DNA from: an uncultured candidate division Zixibacteria bacterium
GTDB lineage: Bacteria > Zixibacteria > MSB-5A5 > GN15 > FEB-12
NCBI GenBank assembly: GCA_963735035.1
Contig: CAVTJJ010000004.1
Span: forward strand, 672,001 to 736,000
Reading direction: 5' to 3'
DNA: 64,000 nt
This document shows, in pieces, positions 1-9,346 of the stretch. Below the pieces are notes generated by a model. It saw only the letters and a program-made list of their open reading frames with translations, did not search any database and was not told the origin of the DNA. Made by a program: the position numbers and the translations under genes. Each line of letters opens with the position of its first letter. Position 1 is the stretch's first letter.

Positions 1-1
1 G

Positions 2-931
2 ACGCCGGCTACTCTGAAATCGGCTGTCACCAATTCCGCGAATCTCGACGTGCTGCTGAAAGCTTCGAATCTCAAGACTCTTACAGTCGTCCAGAATTCT
101 ATCCAGTTACCGGTTGCGGCAGTCAACACCAGTGATTCTGTCGCGCCGGTGGCTGTGACGATTGTGGCGGATAATGGGGGAGTAAAATTAGCTCTCACGG
201 CTAAGATGACGCGTCAAGAACTGACCATCCGTTCCAAGAATGACTCAAATCTCGATCTGGATGCCGGACTTACGGACGCACCATCGCAGCCCGAAGAAAT
301 CGTCGGCCTGTCCCCGGCCAGAAAAGAAGCCGAGAATCTCGAACTGTTGCCTTTGAAGCGCTCCCTGGCGGCTGACAAATTCTCGCTGCCGGCACAGTCC
401 GGACTCGACGCCAGGACGCTCGCGTCCCAGGTTGATCTTACCGGTGTCGGACAAAGCCTTGATCGATCGACAACTGATTCGGCGAGCGCTCGTACCACGG
501 CCACGCCGATCGTGAAATTCACGCTGCCGGATACGATCAGCAAGCCGTTCGCGGCCAATGGCCATTCCATCATGATCAAGATTGAGCCGGAGCACCTTGG
601 CCCGGCCCGTTTGAATTTGTCGGTTCGCGATCAAATGCTGACCGCCCGTGTGACCGTTGACACGCCCGCCGCCAAGATGGCGGTCGAGCGTTCGCTCGAT
701 CAACTGACCGAACAGTTGTCCCGGTCGGGCATCGACGTTGACAAGATCGATGTCATGCTCGGCGACCGCGGTGCCCGCGAGCAATTCATGGAACGCCGCC
801 CGCAATGGTCGCACACGCAGGACAATCGCAAAGACCAGGAAATCGAACCGTCCAACATCTCGCCCGTGATGACTGCAACTATGTTGTCAAGGCAATACGT
901 CGGCCACAGCGGTGTCAACGTACTGGCGTAG
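2..931 (+). CDS. fliK: Flagellar hook-length control protein FliK (5' end beyond window edge)
   Basis: C-terminal FliK-type domain (IKIEPEHLGPARLNL...AVERSLDQLTEQLSRSGIDVDKIDV); directly upstream of flgD; frame is open back to base 2. Confidence 0.85.
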   Translation, partial: TPATLKSAVTNSANLDVLLKASNLKTLTVVQNSIQLPVAAVNTSDSVAPVAVTIVADNGGVKLALTAKMTRQELTIRSKNDSNLDLDAGLTDAPSQPEEIVGLSPARKEAENLELLPLKRSLAADKFSLPAQSGLDARTLASQVDLTGVGQSLDRSTTDSASARTTATPIVKFTLPDTISKPFAANGHSIMIKIEPEHLGPARLNLSVRDQMLTARVTVDTPAAKMAVERSLDQLTEQLSRSGIDVDKIDVMLGDRGAREQFMERRPQWSHTQDNRKDQEIEPSNISPVMTATMLSRQYVGHSGVNVLA

Positions 932-943
932 GAGAAGAACGAA

Positions 944-1636
944 ATGTCATACATATCACCGATATCAGCACGCAACGCCGGCTCTTCCGGCAACTCCGGC
1001 ACGAGCGCCGGCTCCGATGTCATGGGGAAAGACGCCTTCCTGCAACTGATGGTTACCAAGCTGCAGTATCAGGATCCGTTGAACCCGATGCAGGATGAAG
1101 ACTTCATTTCGCAGCTGGCGCAGTTCTCGTCGCTGGAACAGATGAACAACATTGCCGACGGCATCGCGACCTCGAATCAATGGGATTTGCTCCAGATGCA
1201 GTCGCTGAACAACGTTTTGGCGTCGAACCTGATCGGTCGTGAAGTCAAAGCCGACTTCAGCGGTGTCTACCTGGATACTTCCACCAAGCCGGCTGTTTCG
1301 TTTACACTGCCGGAGGCGGCCGACAAAGTTGATTTTGAAATTCGGGATACGAGTGGCGTCCTGGTCGCAACCGTCAGTGCCGACCATCTGGCCGCCGGTG
1401 CTAACACTATTACCTGGGACGGCAAGGACAGCGCCGGCAACCGGGCCAAGCAGGGATATTACACTATAGAAGCGACCGCCACCAGGGCTGATGCCTCGAC
1501 TTTCGAACCCGAGATGGGAGTCTCTGGTACGGTTAGCACCGTGACCTATCGCGACGGTGCTGCTTTTGTGGTAATCGACGGAACCGAGATCGCACTGGGC
1601 GACATCAGATCGGTCGGGACACCGGCGTTAGACTGA
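944..1636 (+). CDS. flgD: Flagellar hook capping protein FlgD
   Basis: MGKDAFLQLMVTKLQYQDPLNPM...FISQLAQFSSLEQM motif; FlgD Ig-type WDGKD motif. Confidence 0.95.
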   Translation: MSYISPISARNAGSSGNSGTSAGSDVMGKDAFLQLMVTKLQYQDPLNPMQDEDFISQLAQFSSLEQMNNIADGIATSNQWDLLQMQSLNNVLASNLIGREVKADFSGVYLDTSTKPAVSFTLPEAADKVDFEIRDTSGVLVATVSADHLAAGANTITWDGKDSAGNRAKQGYYTIEATATRADASTFEPEMGVSGTVSTVTYRDGAAFVVIDGTEIALGDIRSVGTPALD

Positions 1637-1667
1637 GATTAAGTTAGGATCTGAAAGTAGCAAGCAA

Positions 1668-2066
1668 ATGGCAAACGCGGTTAGAATAAGCAACTATCAG
1701 AGGCCGGTGGACCTGCTTGAAATCGCCAAGCGCGGCAAGCCGGAAGCTGCCTCGACCAAGACGGACCAGACATCGTTCAAGGACATGTTCTCGCTCGAAA
1801 TGGCCGGTGGACGGGGCATCACGTTTTCCAAGCATGCCAGTCAACGGCTGCATTCCCGAGGAATAGAGCTCAGCGACGAACAGTTGACCAAAGTTGCTGA
1901 TGCGGTCGACAAGGCCGCCGCCAAAGGTTCGCGCGAGACTTTGATTCTTGCCGACAATGCGGCGCTGGTGGTCTCGGTCTCCAACCGCACCGTAATAACG
2001 GCCTTCGATCGCGAGCATTTGCGCGAAGGTGTAGTGACTGCGATCGATTCAGCAGTAGTGATATAA
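1668..2066 (+). CDS. Flagellar operon protein (TIGR02530-type)
   Basis: FSKHASQRLHSRGI...LVVSVSNRTVITA...VVTAIDSAVVI signature; canonical position between flgD and flgE. Confidence 0.9.
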   Translation: MANAVRISNYQRPVDLLEIAKRGKPEAASTKTDQTSFKDMFSLEMAGGRGITFSKHASQRLHSRGIELSDEQLTKVADAVDKAAAKGSRETLILADNAALVVSVSNRTVITAFDREHLREGVVTAIDSAVVI

Positions 2067-2165
2067 GAAAATGAGAAGCAGAGATATACACAACGTACTC
2101 ACGTCGAGGCTGGACCCCATTACAGATGGGGAGGTCTTGTTGTTGAGCAAGGAGGTTGATGCACT

Positions 2166-4166
2166 ATGATGGCATCATTATTCGCCGGTGTTTCGGGACT
2201 TAAGAACCACCAGGTCAAGATGAACGTGATTGGCAACAACATTGCCAACGTCAACACGATCGGTTTCAAGGCCGGTCGAGTGAATTTTCAGGAAGCGCTC
2301 GTACAGACCACTAAAGGTGCCGGACGCCCGAGTTCATTGATGGGCGGCACGAACCCGCAGCAGCTCGGACTGGGTATGCAGGTCGGTACCATTGACAACC
2401 TGTTCCTGCAGGGCGGTCTGGAAACAACCGGACAGATCACCGATCTGGCTATTCAGGGAGCAGGGTTCTTTATCCTCTCCGACGGCAATAACAACACTTT
2501 CTATACCCGGGCCGGTTCATTCGGATTCGATGCTGGTTCCAACCTGGTCGATCCCGCGACCGGCTTGTTCGTCCAGGGCAAAATGGCGGACGCGTCGGGA
2601 CAGATTCCGTCTCTGGCGACCACCGGAAGTATCGTGCTTCCGTTCGGTCAGCAGGATCCGGCCAAGCCGACGGAAGTGATTTCGATGGCGAATAACATCG
2701 ATGTCAGCGCCACCGATTCCGTGGCCTCGCTGTTTGCGGCCGGAGCTTCCGGTGTGGCTGAGGTCAGCGGTCTGGCTCTCGACGGTGTCGGCGGTCAGCA
2801 CGTGGTCGAAGTTACCGGCGCACAGGCTGTCAACGCTACCTATGTCGGCTCCACTCTCGGTAACGCCGGTGACGGCAGTAATACCGTAGTCGCGAACTTG
2901 AGCCCGACCATGACGCTCGGCTCGCTGGGTGTAACGATATTCGACGATTTTGGAATCGCTGTTGACGGCGGCTCGGAGCAAAAAATCTCTGGTCTGACGG
3001 CGACTTCTACGGTTCAGGATCTTATCAACGCTATCGATCAGATTGCCGGTCTACACGCCGAAATCTCTGGCGGTGAGATACTTCTTACCAGGGAGAAGGC
3101 CGGTGACAATGCGACCTATATGTTCCGGACTATGACTCCCGGTCAGGTTACGCTCCATGCCAACGGTGGTGCGATCGCCGGTAACATCGCCGGAGTAGTT
3201 TTCGGAATGAACGGGACCAACTTCCAGTCGGCGGGCGGAGCGGCTACCACTTTCCAGGCCACGGATACTTTCACCCCGTCGCGCGGAATAGGTGCCGCCA
3301 CCGGTCCGGTTACGACCCAACTCGACCTGGTGTTTGATGACCGCACTGGAATCGTGACGGGCCTCTCAGGTCTAGGCGGGGGCGGCGTTGAAATCAAGAC
3401 CGATTCCGGAGGCCTGAGCGCCACCGGCGGCAACGACCTCGTGATAAGTACCGCTGACACATTGCATGCGGCTTCGGTCAACGTCTTCGATTCGCAGGGC
3501 GGCAAGCACACTCTGACTATGGAGTTCTTCAAGTCGATCATTCCCAATCGATGGGAATGGACAGCCAGCACGCTTGGTGTCGAGGACGTCACGGCGGGAA
3601 AGAACGGTTATGTCAGCTTCAACAATGACGGTTCTCTGAACTCATTCGAATATTTCGGCGGCGCGGGATCGATCGTGATCGATCCGGGCAACGGCGCCGA
3701 CCAGATGGACGTTCGGGTCGATGCCGGCTCTATCAGCGGCTTCGACGGCTTGACCGGTTTCTCCGGCAACAACACCGCTTCGATCATTAACCAGGACGGC
3801 TACGGTCTGGGTCTGCTGGACAAGATCGCTATCGACAACTCGGGTAACATCTCCGGTATCTTTACCAACGGTGTGACCCGTATTCTGGCGCAGATCATGC
3901 TCGCTGATTTCAACAACCAGGCCGGTTTGGTCAAGGCCGGTAATTCACTCTATCAGGAGTCCCCGAACTCAGGTGACGCCATCGAGGGTGTGGCCGGTGC
4001 GACCATCTCCGGCACGATTACTTCCGGCGCCCTGGAATCGTCGGCGGTCGACATCGCCCAGGAGTTCACCGGTATGATCACGGCGCAGCGCGGTTTCCAG
4101 GCCAACGCCCGGATTATCACGACGTCGGATCAGATGCTTGACGAACTCGTGAATTTGAAGAGATAG
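2166..4166 (+). CDS. flgE: Flagellar hook protein FlgE, large form (666 aa)
   Basis: N-terminal VIGNNIANVNTIGFK, YTRAGSF, C-terminal LESSAVDIAQEFTGMITAQRGFQANARII; SD AAGGAGG upstream. Confidence 0.95.
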   Translation: MMASLFAGVSGLKNHQVKMNVIGNNIANVNTIGFKAGRVNFQEALVQTTKGAGRPSSLMGGTNPQQLGLGMQVGTIDNLFLQGGLETTGQITDLAIQGAGFFILSDGNNNTFYTRAGSFGFDAGSNLVDPATGLFVQGKMADASGQIPSLATTGSIVLPFGQQDPAKPTEVISMANNIDVSATDSVASLFAAGASGVAEVSGLALDGVGGQHVVEVTGAQAVNATYVGSTLGNAGDGSNTVVANLSPTMTLGSLGVTIFDDFGIAVDGGSEQKISGLTATSTVQDLINAIDQIAGLHAEISGGEILLTREKAGDNATYMFRTMTPGQVTLHANGGAIAGNIAGVVFGMNGTNFQSAGGAATTFQATDTFTPSRGIGAATGPVTTQLDLVFDDRTGIVTGLSGLGGGGVEIKTDSGGLSATGGNDLVISTADTLHAASVNVFDSQGGKHTLTMEFFKSIIPNRWEWTASTLGVEDVTAGKNGYVSFNNDGSLNSFEYFGGAGSIVIDPGNGADQMDVRVDAGSISGFDGLTGFSGNNTASIINQDGYGLGLLDKIAIDNSGNISGIFTNGVTRILAQIMLADFNNQAGLVKAGNSLYQESPNSGDAIEGVAGATISGTITSGALESSAVDIAQEFTGMITAQRGFQANARIITTSDQMLDELVNLKR

Positions 4167-4171
4167 CTTAG

Positions 4172-4396
4172 ATGATACGTGTCACCCGAATAAACGATGC
4201 CGAGCTGGTCATTAACGCTGACCTGATCGAATTCGTGGAAGCGATTCCCGAGACGATGATCACGCTTACCACCGGTAAGAAGATCATGGTGCGGGAAGCG
4301 GTGGATGAAATTGTTCGCCGGGTGGCTGAATTCAAGCGAATGGCATCGACCCGGACCTACAGTCCGGGCGATGCCGGTTTAGCGGATGGGAGATAG
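4172..4396 (+). CDS. flbD: Flagellar FlbD (SwrD) family protein
   Basis: MIRVTRIN...INADLIEFVEAIPETMITLTTGKKIMVRE pattern; follows flgE. Confidence 0.9.
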   Translation: MIRVTRINDAELVINADLIEFVEAIPETMITLTTGKKIMVREAVDEIVRRVAEFKRMASTRTYSPGDAGLADGR

Positions 4397-4399
4397 TCA

Positions 4400-4999
4400 A
4401 TGGCTCCTGATGAAGAAAAAACGACCGTCGAAGTCAAAGACGAAGGCGCTAAGGACGCCGCCCCGCGCAAGGGACTGAGCAAGCTGATACTGTTCGGCGG
4501 CATCGGTCTGGGCGTGGTAGTCCTCGGTGTAGTGCTGGCGCTCTTTGTGTTGAAACCGATGATGAGTGGCTCGTCGGAAGAATCGACACCAACGACCAAG
4601 GTCGACGAGAAGGCATCGAATAAAGACGCCCATGCGGAGAAGTCGGAACCCAAGAAGAAGCCGGCCAAGAAGGAACAAAAGGAAGGCGAAGCCAGTCAGT
4701 CGCTGGTCTACGCCATCAAGGACATAGTCGTAAATCCGGCCGGGACCGGCGGGACGAGATTCCTCTCGGTTTCGTTCGGTTTTGAACTGGGTGGTTCGGA
4801 TTTGATGGCCGAGTTCCAGGAGCGGGAAGCGCTCGTGCGCGACGCCCTGATCACGATTCTGTCCTCCAAGACCGTGGCCCAGCTCACCGACGCGAGAGAA
4901 AAAGAAATAGCCCGTCTGCAGATCAAGAAGCGGCTGGAGCAATTGCTGGAAACCAATGAGATCGCCGGTGTCTACTACACCGATTTCGTGCTGCAATAG
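4400..4999 (+). CDS. fliL: Flagellar basal body-associated protein FliL
   Basis: Single N-terminal TM, IVVNPAG...RFL, VRDALITILSSKT, VYYTDFVLQ end. Confidence 0.93.
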   Translation: MAPDEEKTTVEVKDEGAKDAAPRKGLSKLILFGGIGLGVVVLGVVLALFVLKPMMSGSSEESTPTTKVDEKASNKDAHAEKSEPKKKPAKKEQKEGEASQSLVYAIKDIVVNPAGTGGTRFLSVSFGFELGGSDLMAEFQEREALVRDALITILSSKTVAQLTDAREKEIARLQIKKRLEQLLETNEIAGVYYTDFVLQ

Positions 5000-5010
5000 G
5001 ACCGTTTGTC

Positions 5011-6018
5011 GTGGCGAAGATACTTTCACAAGACGAAATTGATGCGCTGTTGACCACGGTGTCAGCCGGGGAAGGGAGCCCATCCGAAGCCGGTCAATTC
5101 CAGGATGAGAAGCTCAGGTCCATCGTGGCCTATGACTTCAAGCATCCGAACCGGGTTTCTAAAGATCAGATTCGCACGCTGGAAAATATCCACGACAACT
5201 TCGCGGGCCACTTCGGATCCGCACTTTCCAGTGTGATGCGCACGATTGTTGACGTCGACCTCGTCTCGGTCGATCAGATCACTTATTCCGAGTTCATCAT
5301 GTCCCTGGTGACGCCGTCATGCACGTACACTTTCGCGGCGCCGCCTCTGGATGGCGTTTGTCTGGTGGACTTCAATCCGACCCTGACGTTTTCAGTAATC
5401 GATCGTCTGTTCGGCGGTCATGGCAAGATCATGGAAACGGAGCGCGAACTGACGTCCATCGAGCGCTCGGTGATGGCCAACCTGGTCCATCGCATGTACC
5501 TCGAAATCCAGAAATCATGGGCTAACCTGGTAGCCATCGAAATCGACCAGAAGAGTTTCGAAACCAATCCGCAGTTCATTCAGATCGTTCCGCCCGGTGA
5601 AACCGTGGTCGTGATTTCGTTCCAGATAAAGCTGTTTCAGTCGACCGGTTTGCTGACGATCTGTTACCCGTACGTGTCCCTGGAACCGATCATCACCAGC
5701 CTGTCGGCGCAGAACTGGATCGACGCTACCAAGAAGAAGAATGCGGAGCAGGATCGCAGCGCCAACGTGCACAACGTCAAGAAGGTTGAAGCCAACGTGG
5801 CGGCAGTGCTGCTCAGATCAAAATTGAAGCTACGCGACTTCATGCAGTTGTCGCTGCATGACATAGTACCCTCAGAAAAGAAGATTAATGAAGCGATTGA
5901 AATCACCGTGAACAACCGGCTCAAATTTATGGCCCGTCCCGGCTTGTCCGGCAAGAAGCGGGCCTGTCAGGTGCTTACGGTGCGCGACAATATCGCCGAG
6001 GAGATGACAAATGACTGA
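5011..6018 (+). CDS. fliM: Flagellar motor switch protein FliM
   Basis: LSQDEIDALL CheY-binding motif, YDFKHPNRVSKDQIRTL, ETNPQF. Confidence 0.96.
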   Translation: MAKILSQDEIDALLTTVSAGEGSPSEAGQFQDEKLRSIVAYDFKHPNRVSKDQIRTLENIHDNFAGHFGSALSSVMRTIVDVDLVSVDQITYSEFIMSLVTPSCTYTFAAPPLDGVCLVDFNPTLTFSVIDRLFGGHGKIMETERELTSIERSVMANLVHRMYLEIQKSWANLVAIEIDQKSFETNPQFIQIVPPGETVVVISFQIKLFQSTGLLTICYPYVSLEPIITSLSAQNWIDATKKKNAEQDRSANVHNVKKVEANVAAVLLRSKLKLRDFMQLSLHDIVPSEKKINEAIEITVNNRLKFMARPGLSGKKRACQVLTVRDNIAEEMTND

Positions 6019-6616
6019 CGATCAAGAAAAGGATATCTCAGCCGAGTCGGCCAACCAGGACGCGCTCAGCGTGCCGGACGATCCCAGCGGCGCTCTTCTT
6101 GAAGGCGCGGAAGCCGGGGGAGAAGTCGCGGGCGATGCTGCGGCATCGGCCGACGGTTCTGATGATGCGTTTAAGGTCGTCAATCCCGACGATACGCCCG
6201 AGGACGAGGCCGAAGCGGCGATGTTGAAATTGCTGGAAGGATTACCCGAGGAAGACTCGCGGCCCAGCGCCGATGACATCAACTTCTCGTCCACGTCGGC
6301 TTCCAAGGCGGAATTTCAGCAACTCCAGCAGCCGGTGAGCGCGCCGGGCGCACGCAACATCGAACTACTGATGGACGTCGATCTGCCGATTGCGATCGAG
6401 TTGGGTCGGACCAAGATGTCGATTTCGGATATCCTGGCCCTCGGTCCCGGTTCGGTGGTCGAGCTCAACAAGCTGGCCGGTGAACCGGTCGATCTGCTCG
6501 TGAATCAGAAAGTCGTGGCGCGTGGCGAGGTGGTCGTGGTGGATGAAAATTTCGGCCTTCGCATTACCCAACTGATGACGCCCGAAGAAAGGTTGCGCGC
6601 TCTTGCGGCAGAATAA
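6011..6616 (+). CDS. fliN: Flagellar motor switch protein FliN with acidic N-terminal extension
   Basis: NIELLMDVDLPIAIELGRT...GSVVELNKLAGEPVDL...GEVVVVDENFGLRI. Confidence 0.95.
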   Translation: MTDDQEKDISAESANQDALSVPDDPSGALLEGAEAGGEVAGDAAASADGSDDAFKVVNPDDTPEDEAEAAMLKLLEGLPEEDSRPSADDINFSSTSASKAEFQQLQQPVSAPGARNIELLMDVDLPIAIELGRTKMSISDILALGPGSVVELNKLAGEPVDLLVNQKVVARGEVVVVDENFGLRITQLMTPEERLRALAAE

Positions 6617-7226
6617 ACTCCATAGTCGTCGCTCCCTCATCATCATGGCGGTGATGGCGGCGGTGGCGTTGGTCGGCGTGACCATGATCAAGGTTGACCC
6701 AGTGCGGGCCGACAAGGCCCTGGCCGCGCAGGCGACCCTGAACGCTTCTAATGGTGAAGCGGTGGGTGCGACCGGCCCGGCGGAAACGTCGGAGCCGATT
6801 GCGACCGCAGACCGCCCGGGAGTGGCCTCGGCGGTGATCAAGATGATCAGCGCTTTGACCGTCGTGATTGCGGCCGTCTACGGCGGATTGTATCTGTTGC
6901 GCCGCATGATGGGTCGGCGCGGCGGCGCTGCTTTGGGTGTGGACGCCTTGACCGTCCTCCAGACGACTTATGTCGGGCAACACAAAGCCATCTCACTGGT
7001 CAAAGTGGGACGGCGTTCGGTGCTGGTCGGAGTGACCGACAACCAGATTTCGACTCTGACCGAACTGGACCAGGATGAAACCGATGAAATCATGGGGCAG
7101 GCCGCGGAGCCGGTGAAGAGCGAAAGCTTCTCGAAGCTCCTGTCCGGGACCGTTGACAAATTGAAGACGTTTGGCCTGAAGAAAAAGCAGGCCGTTATAG
7201 AAACTCAAGTGCCGTCAACCGTTTGA
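6603..7226 (+). CDS. fliO: Flagellar biosynthesis protein FliO (start uncertain)
   Basis: TM followed by LSLVKVG-type SVLVGVTDNQISTL motif; lies between fliN and fliP. Confidence 0.85.
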   Translation: MRQNKLHSRRSLIIMAVMAAVALVGVTMIKVDPVRADKALAAQATLNASNGEAVGATGPAETSEPIATADRPGVASAVIKMISALTVVIAAVYGGLYLLRRMMGRRGGAALGVDALTVLQTTYVGQHKAISLVKVGRRSVLVGVTDNQISTLTELDQDETDEIMGQAAEPVKSESFSKLLSGTVDKLKTFGLKKKQAVIETQVPSTV

Positions 7227-7244
7227 TCCTTCTGGATCAAGTGT

Positions 7245-7295
7245 CGACGCGCAACATGGATGTTGCCGTCGTAGCCGGTGAGCATATAGGATATG
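7245..7295 (+). promoter_or_regulatory. Putative CsrA/RsmA-type GGA hairpins in the fliP leader
   Basis: CGACG-C-GCAACA-TGGA-TGTTGC-CGTCG (7245-7271) and CATAT-AGG-ATATG (7283-7295), the latter overlapping the SD and ATG. Confidence 0.45.
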
Positions 7296-8045
7296 AAAAA
7301 GAAGCTCAGAATCATTCTGTTCTGTGTGGTAGCGTTCGTGGTGTTGGCCGATGTGGCCGCCGCGCAGTCGCTGCCCAAGATCTCGGTTCAAGTCGGTGAG
7401 TCCGCCGATCCGACCGATCTGACGACCACGCTTAAGATCGTGGTCCTCATGACCGTCCTCGCCCTGGCGCCGTCACTGCTGATCATGGTGACGTCTTTCA
7501 CTCGCATAACCGTGGTGCTGTCGTTCCTGCGTCACGCCATGGGGGCCAGTCAGATGCCGCCCAATCAGCTCTTGCTGGGGCTGTCGCTCATCCTGACGTT
7601 CTTCATCATGGCACCGGCGGCCAATCGAGCTTATACCGAGGGCATCAAACCGTATACCGACAAACAGATTTCCGGTGAAGAGGCGTACCAAAAGACCGTT
7701 GCGCCCTTTCGAGAATTCATGCTCGCCCAGACGCGGGAGCAGGACCTGGCCCTGTTTGTAGATATTGCCAAGCTGCCCGCGCCCAGCACTCCGGCGGACG
7801 TTCCGCTTCACGTGCTTGTGCCGGCCTTTGTAATCTCGGAATTGCGGACGGCGTTTCAAATATCATTCGTGATCTTCATTCCCTTCCTCGTGATCGACAT
7901 GGTGGTGGCGTCGGTGCTGATGTCGATGGGTATGATGATGTTGCCGCCGGTCATTGTGTCGCTGCCGTTCAAGATACTGCTGTTCGTGCTCGTTGACGGC
8001 TGGTATCTGTTGGTAAAATCGCTCGTTGAATCGTTCCACGTGTAA
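7293..8045 (+). CDS. fliP: Flagellar export apparatus protein FliP
   Basis: TSFTRI, PPNQ, PAFVISEL, PFLVIDMVVASVLMSMGMMMLPP, LPFKILLFVLVDGW. Confidence 0.97.
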   Translation: MKKKLRIILFCVVAFVVLADVAAAQSLPKISVQVGESADPTDLTTTLKIVVLMTVLALAPSLLIMVTSFTRITVVLSFLRHAMGASQMPPNQLLLGLSLILTFFIMAPAANRAYTEGIKPYTDKQISGEEAYQKTVAPFREFMLAQTREQDLALFVDIAKLPAPSTPADVPLHVLVPAFVISELRTAFQISFVIFIPFLVIDMVVASVLMSMGMMMLPPVIVSLPFKILLFVLVDGWYLLVKSLVESFHV

Positions 8046-8059
8046 TCAGGAGAGAAGAC

Positions 8060-8329
8060 ATGACCCCGCAGATGGTAGTGGAAATAGGACGTGAGGCGTT
8101 GACGGTCACGCTGTTGGTCGCGGCGCCGATGCTGGGTTTCGGTCTGGTCGTGGGACTGGTCATCTCGATCTTTCAGGCGGTGACGCAGATCAACGAAATG
8201 ACGCTGACTTTTGTGCCCAAAATACTAGCCGTCGCGGCGGCCCTACTCATCTTCCTGCCGTGGATTATCAACACGCTAGTCGATTTCACCCGCCACATGT
8301 TTGCTCTGATCCCCACTCTAGTAGGGTAA
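8060..8329 (+). CDS. fliQ: Flagellar export apparatus protein FliQ
   Basis: FQAVTQINEMTLTFVPK motif. Confidence 0.97.
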   Translation: MTPQMVVEIGREALTVTLLVAAPMLGFGLVVGLVISIFQAVTQINEMTLTFVPKILAVAAALLIFLPWIINTLVDFTRHMFALIPTLVG

Positions 8330-8437
8330 GCCCCCAGCCGGGCAATTGTTGGGCAGCCTGAACTTTTTTCCGACAATCGCGGCAATTCTTTCCGGATACA
8401 AATCGGATACTGGCGGAACCCCTCCATTTTGCATGTC

Positions 8438-8503
8438 TAACTCGTTGCTACACAGCGCCATAATATAACCAGCCAACCCGTTTCACTTTGGCACAAGGCT
8501 TGA
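8438..8503 (+). promoter_or_regulatory. Putative sigma54 promoter (-24/-12) with IHF-like site upstream of fliR
   Basis: TGGCAC-AAGGC-TTGA at 8489-8503; TAACTCGTTGCTA at 8438-8450 is one mismatch from the IHF consensus YAANNNNTTGATW. Confidence 0.55.
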
Positions 8504-8551
8504 TTAAAGGCCGGGTACGATAGGCCACAAGTGTAACTGGAAGGCAAGCAT

Positions 8552-9340
8552 TTGTTCGAATTTATCAATTACGGCGCCGCTCAACTTCAGGTCTTCCTGC
8601 TGTTGATTATCCGGGCCTCCGGCCTCTTTCTCGCGGCTCCGGTCTTCAGCAACCGTGTCATCCCGACGCAGCTCAAGCTCGGTCTGATCATCGTCCTCGC
8701 TATCGTGACGATGCCGACCGTGTCGGCGCTGGGGTTTGAGCCGGCGACTTCGCTGGCCGAACTGGCCGCGCTGGTGCTTCGGGAATTGATGGTCGGTTTG
8801 CTGATCGGGTTTGTCTTCCAGATGCTCTTCCTGGCCGCCGAGTTGGCCGGATCGATGGCTGGTTATCAGGTCGGTCTGTCAATTTCGTCGGCGTTCGATC
8901 CGAGCACCGGTGACGACGTCAACGCCTTCGGTCGCTTCTGGATCCTCGTCGCCACGTTGATCTTCATGTGCATCAACGGACACCATCTGATTATCCGGGC
9001 CTTCAGCGACAGCTACCTTGCGATCCCGCCGGGACAAATGCAGGTCCTCGGAACTACCGCCGAACTCATCATGCGCCAGAGCGCTTATGTCTTCGTTCTG
9101 GCCATCAAGATTTCGGCGCCGGTTCTGGTGACTTTGATTCTGGCGGACGTTGCCCTTGGCACTGTCTCCAAAGTTATGCCGACCATGAACATCTTTGTCG
9201 TCGGCATCCCGCTCAAGATCGGTCTCGGTCTTCTGGTGGTGGCGATGTCACTGCCGATCTTCTCCTACGTTCTCGAAAAGTCCACCGGGTACTTCGATAA
9301 CGCTGTCCATGAACTCCTGGCTTCAATGGGAAAGGCGTAG
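8552..9340 (+). CDS. fliR: Flagellar export apparatus protein FliR
   Basis: Multi-TM protein with ELMVGLLIG, AGSMAGYQVGL, PTMNIFVVGIPLKI; between fliQ and flhB; TTG start. Confidence 0.95.
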   Translation: MFEFINYGAAQLQVFLLLIIRASGLFLAAPVFSNRVIPTQLKLGLIIVLAIVTMPTVSALGFEPATSLAELAALVLRELMVGLLIGFVFQMLFLAAELAGSMAGYQVGLSISSAFDPSTGDDVNAFGRFWILVATLIFMCINGHHLIIRAFSDSYLAIPPGQMQVLGTTAELIMRQSAYVFVLAIKISAPVLVTLILADVALGTVSKVMPTMNIFVVGIPLKIGLGLLVVAMSLPIFSYVLEKSTGYFDNAVHELLASMGKA

Positions 9341-9346
9341 CCGACC

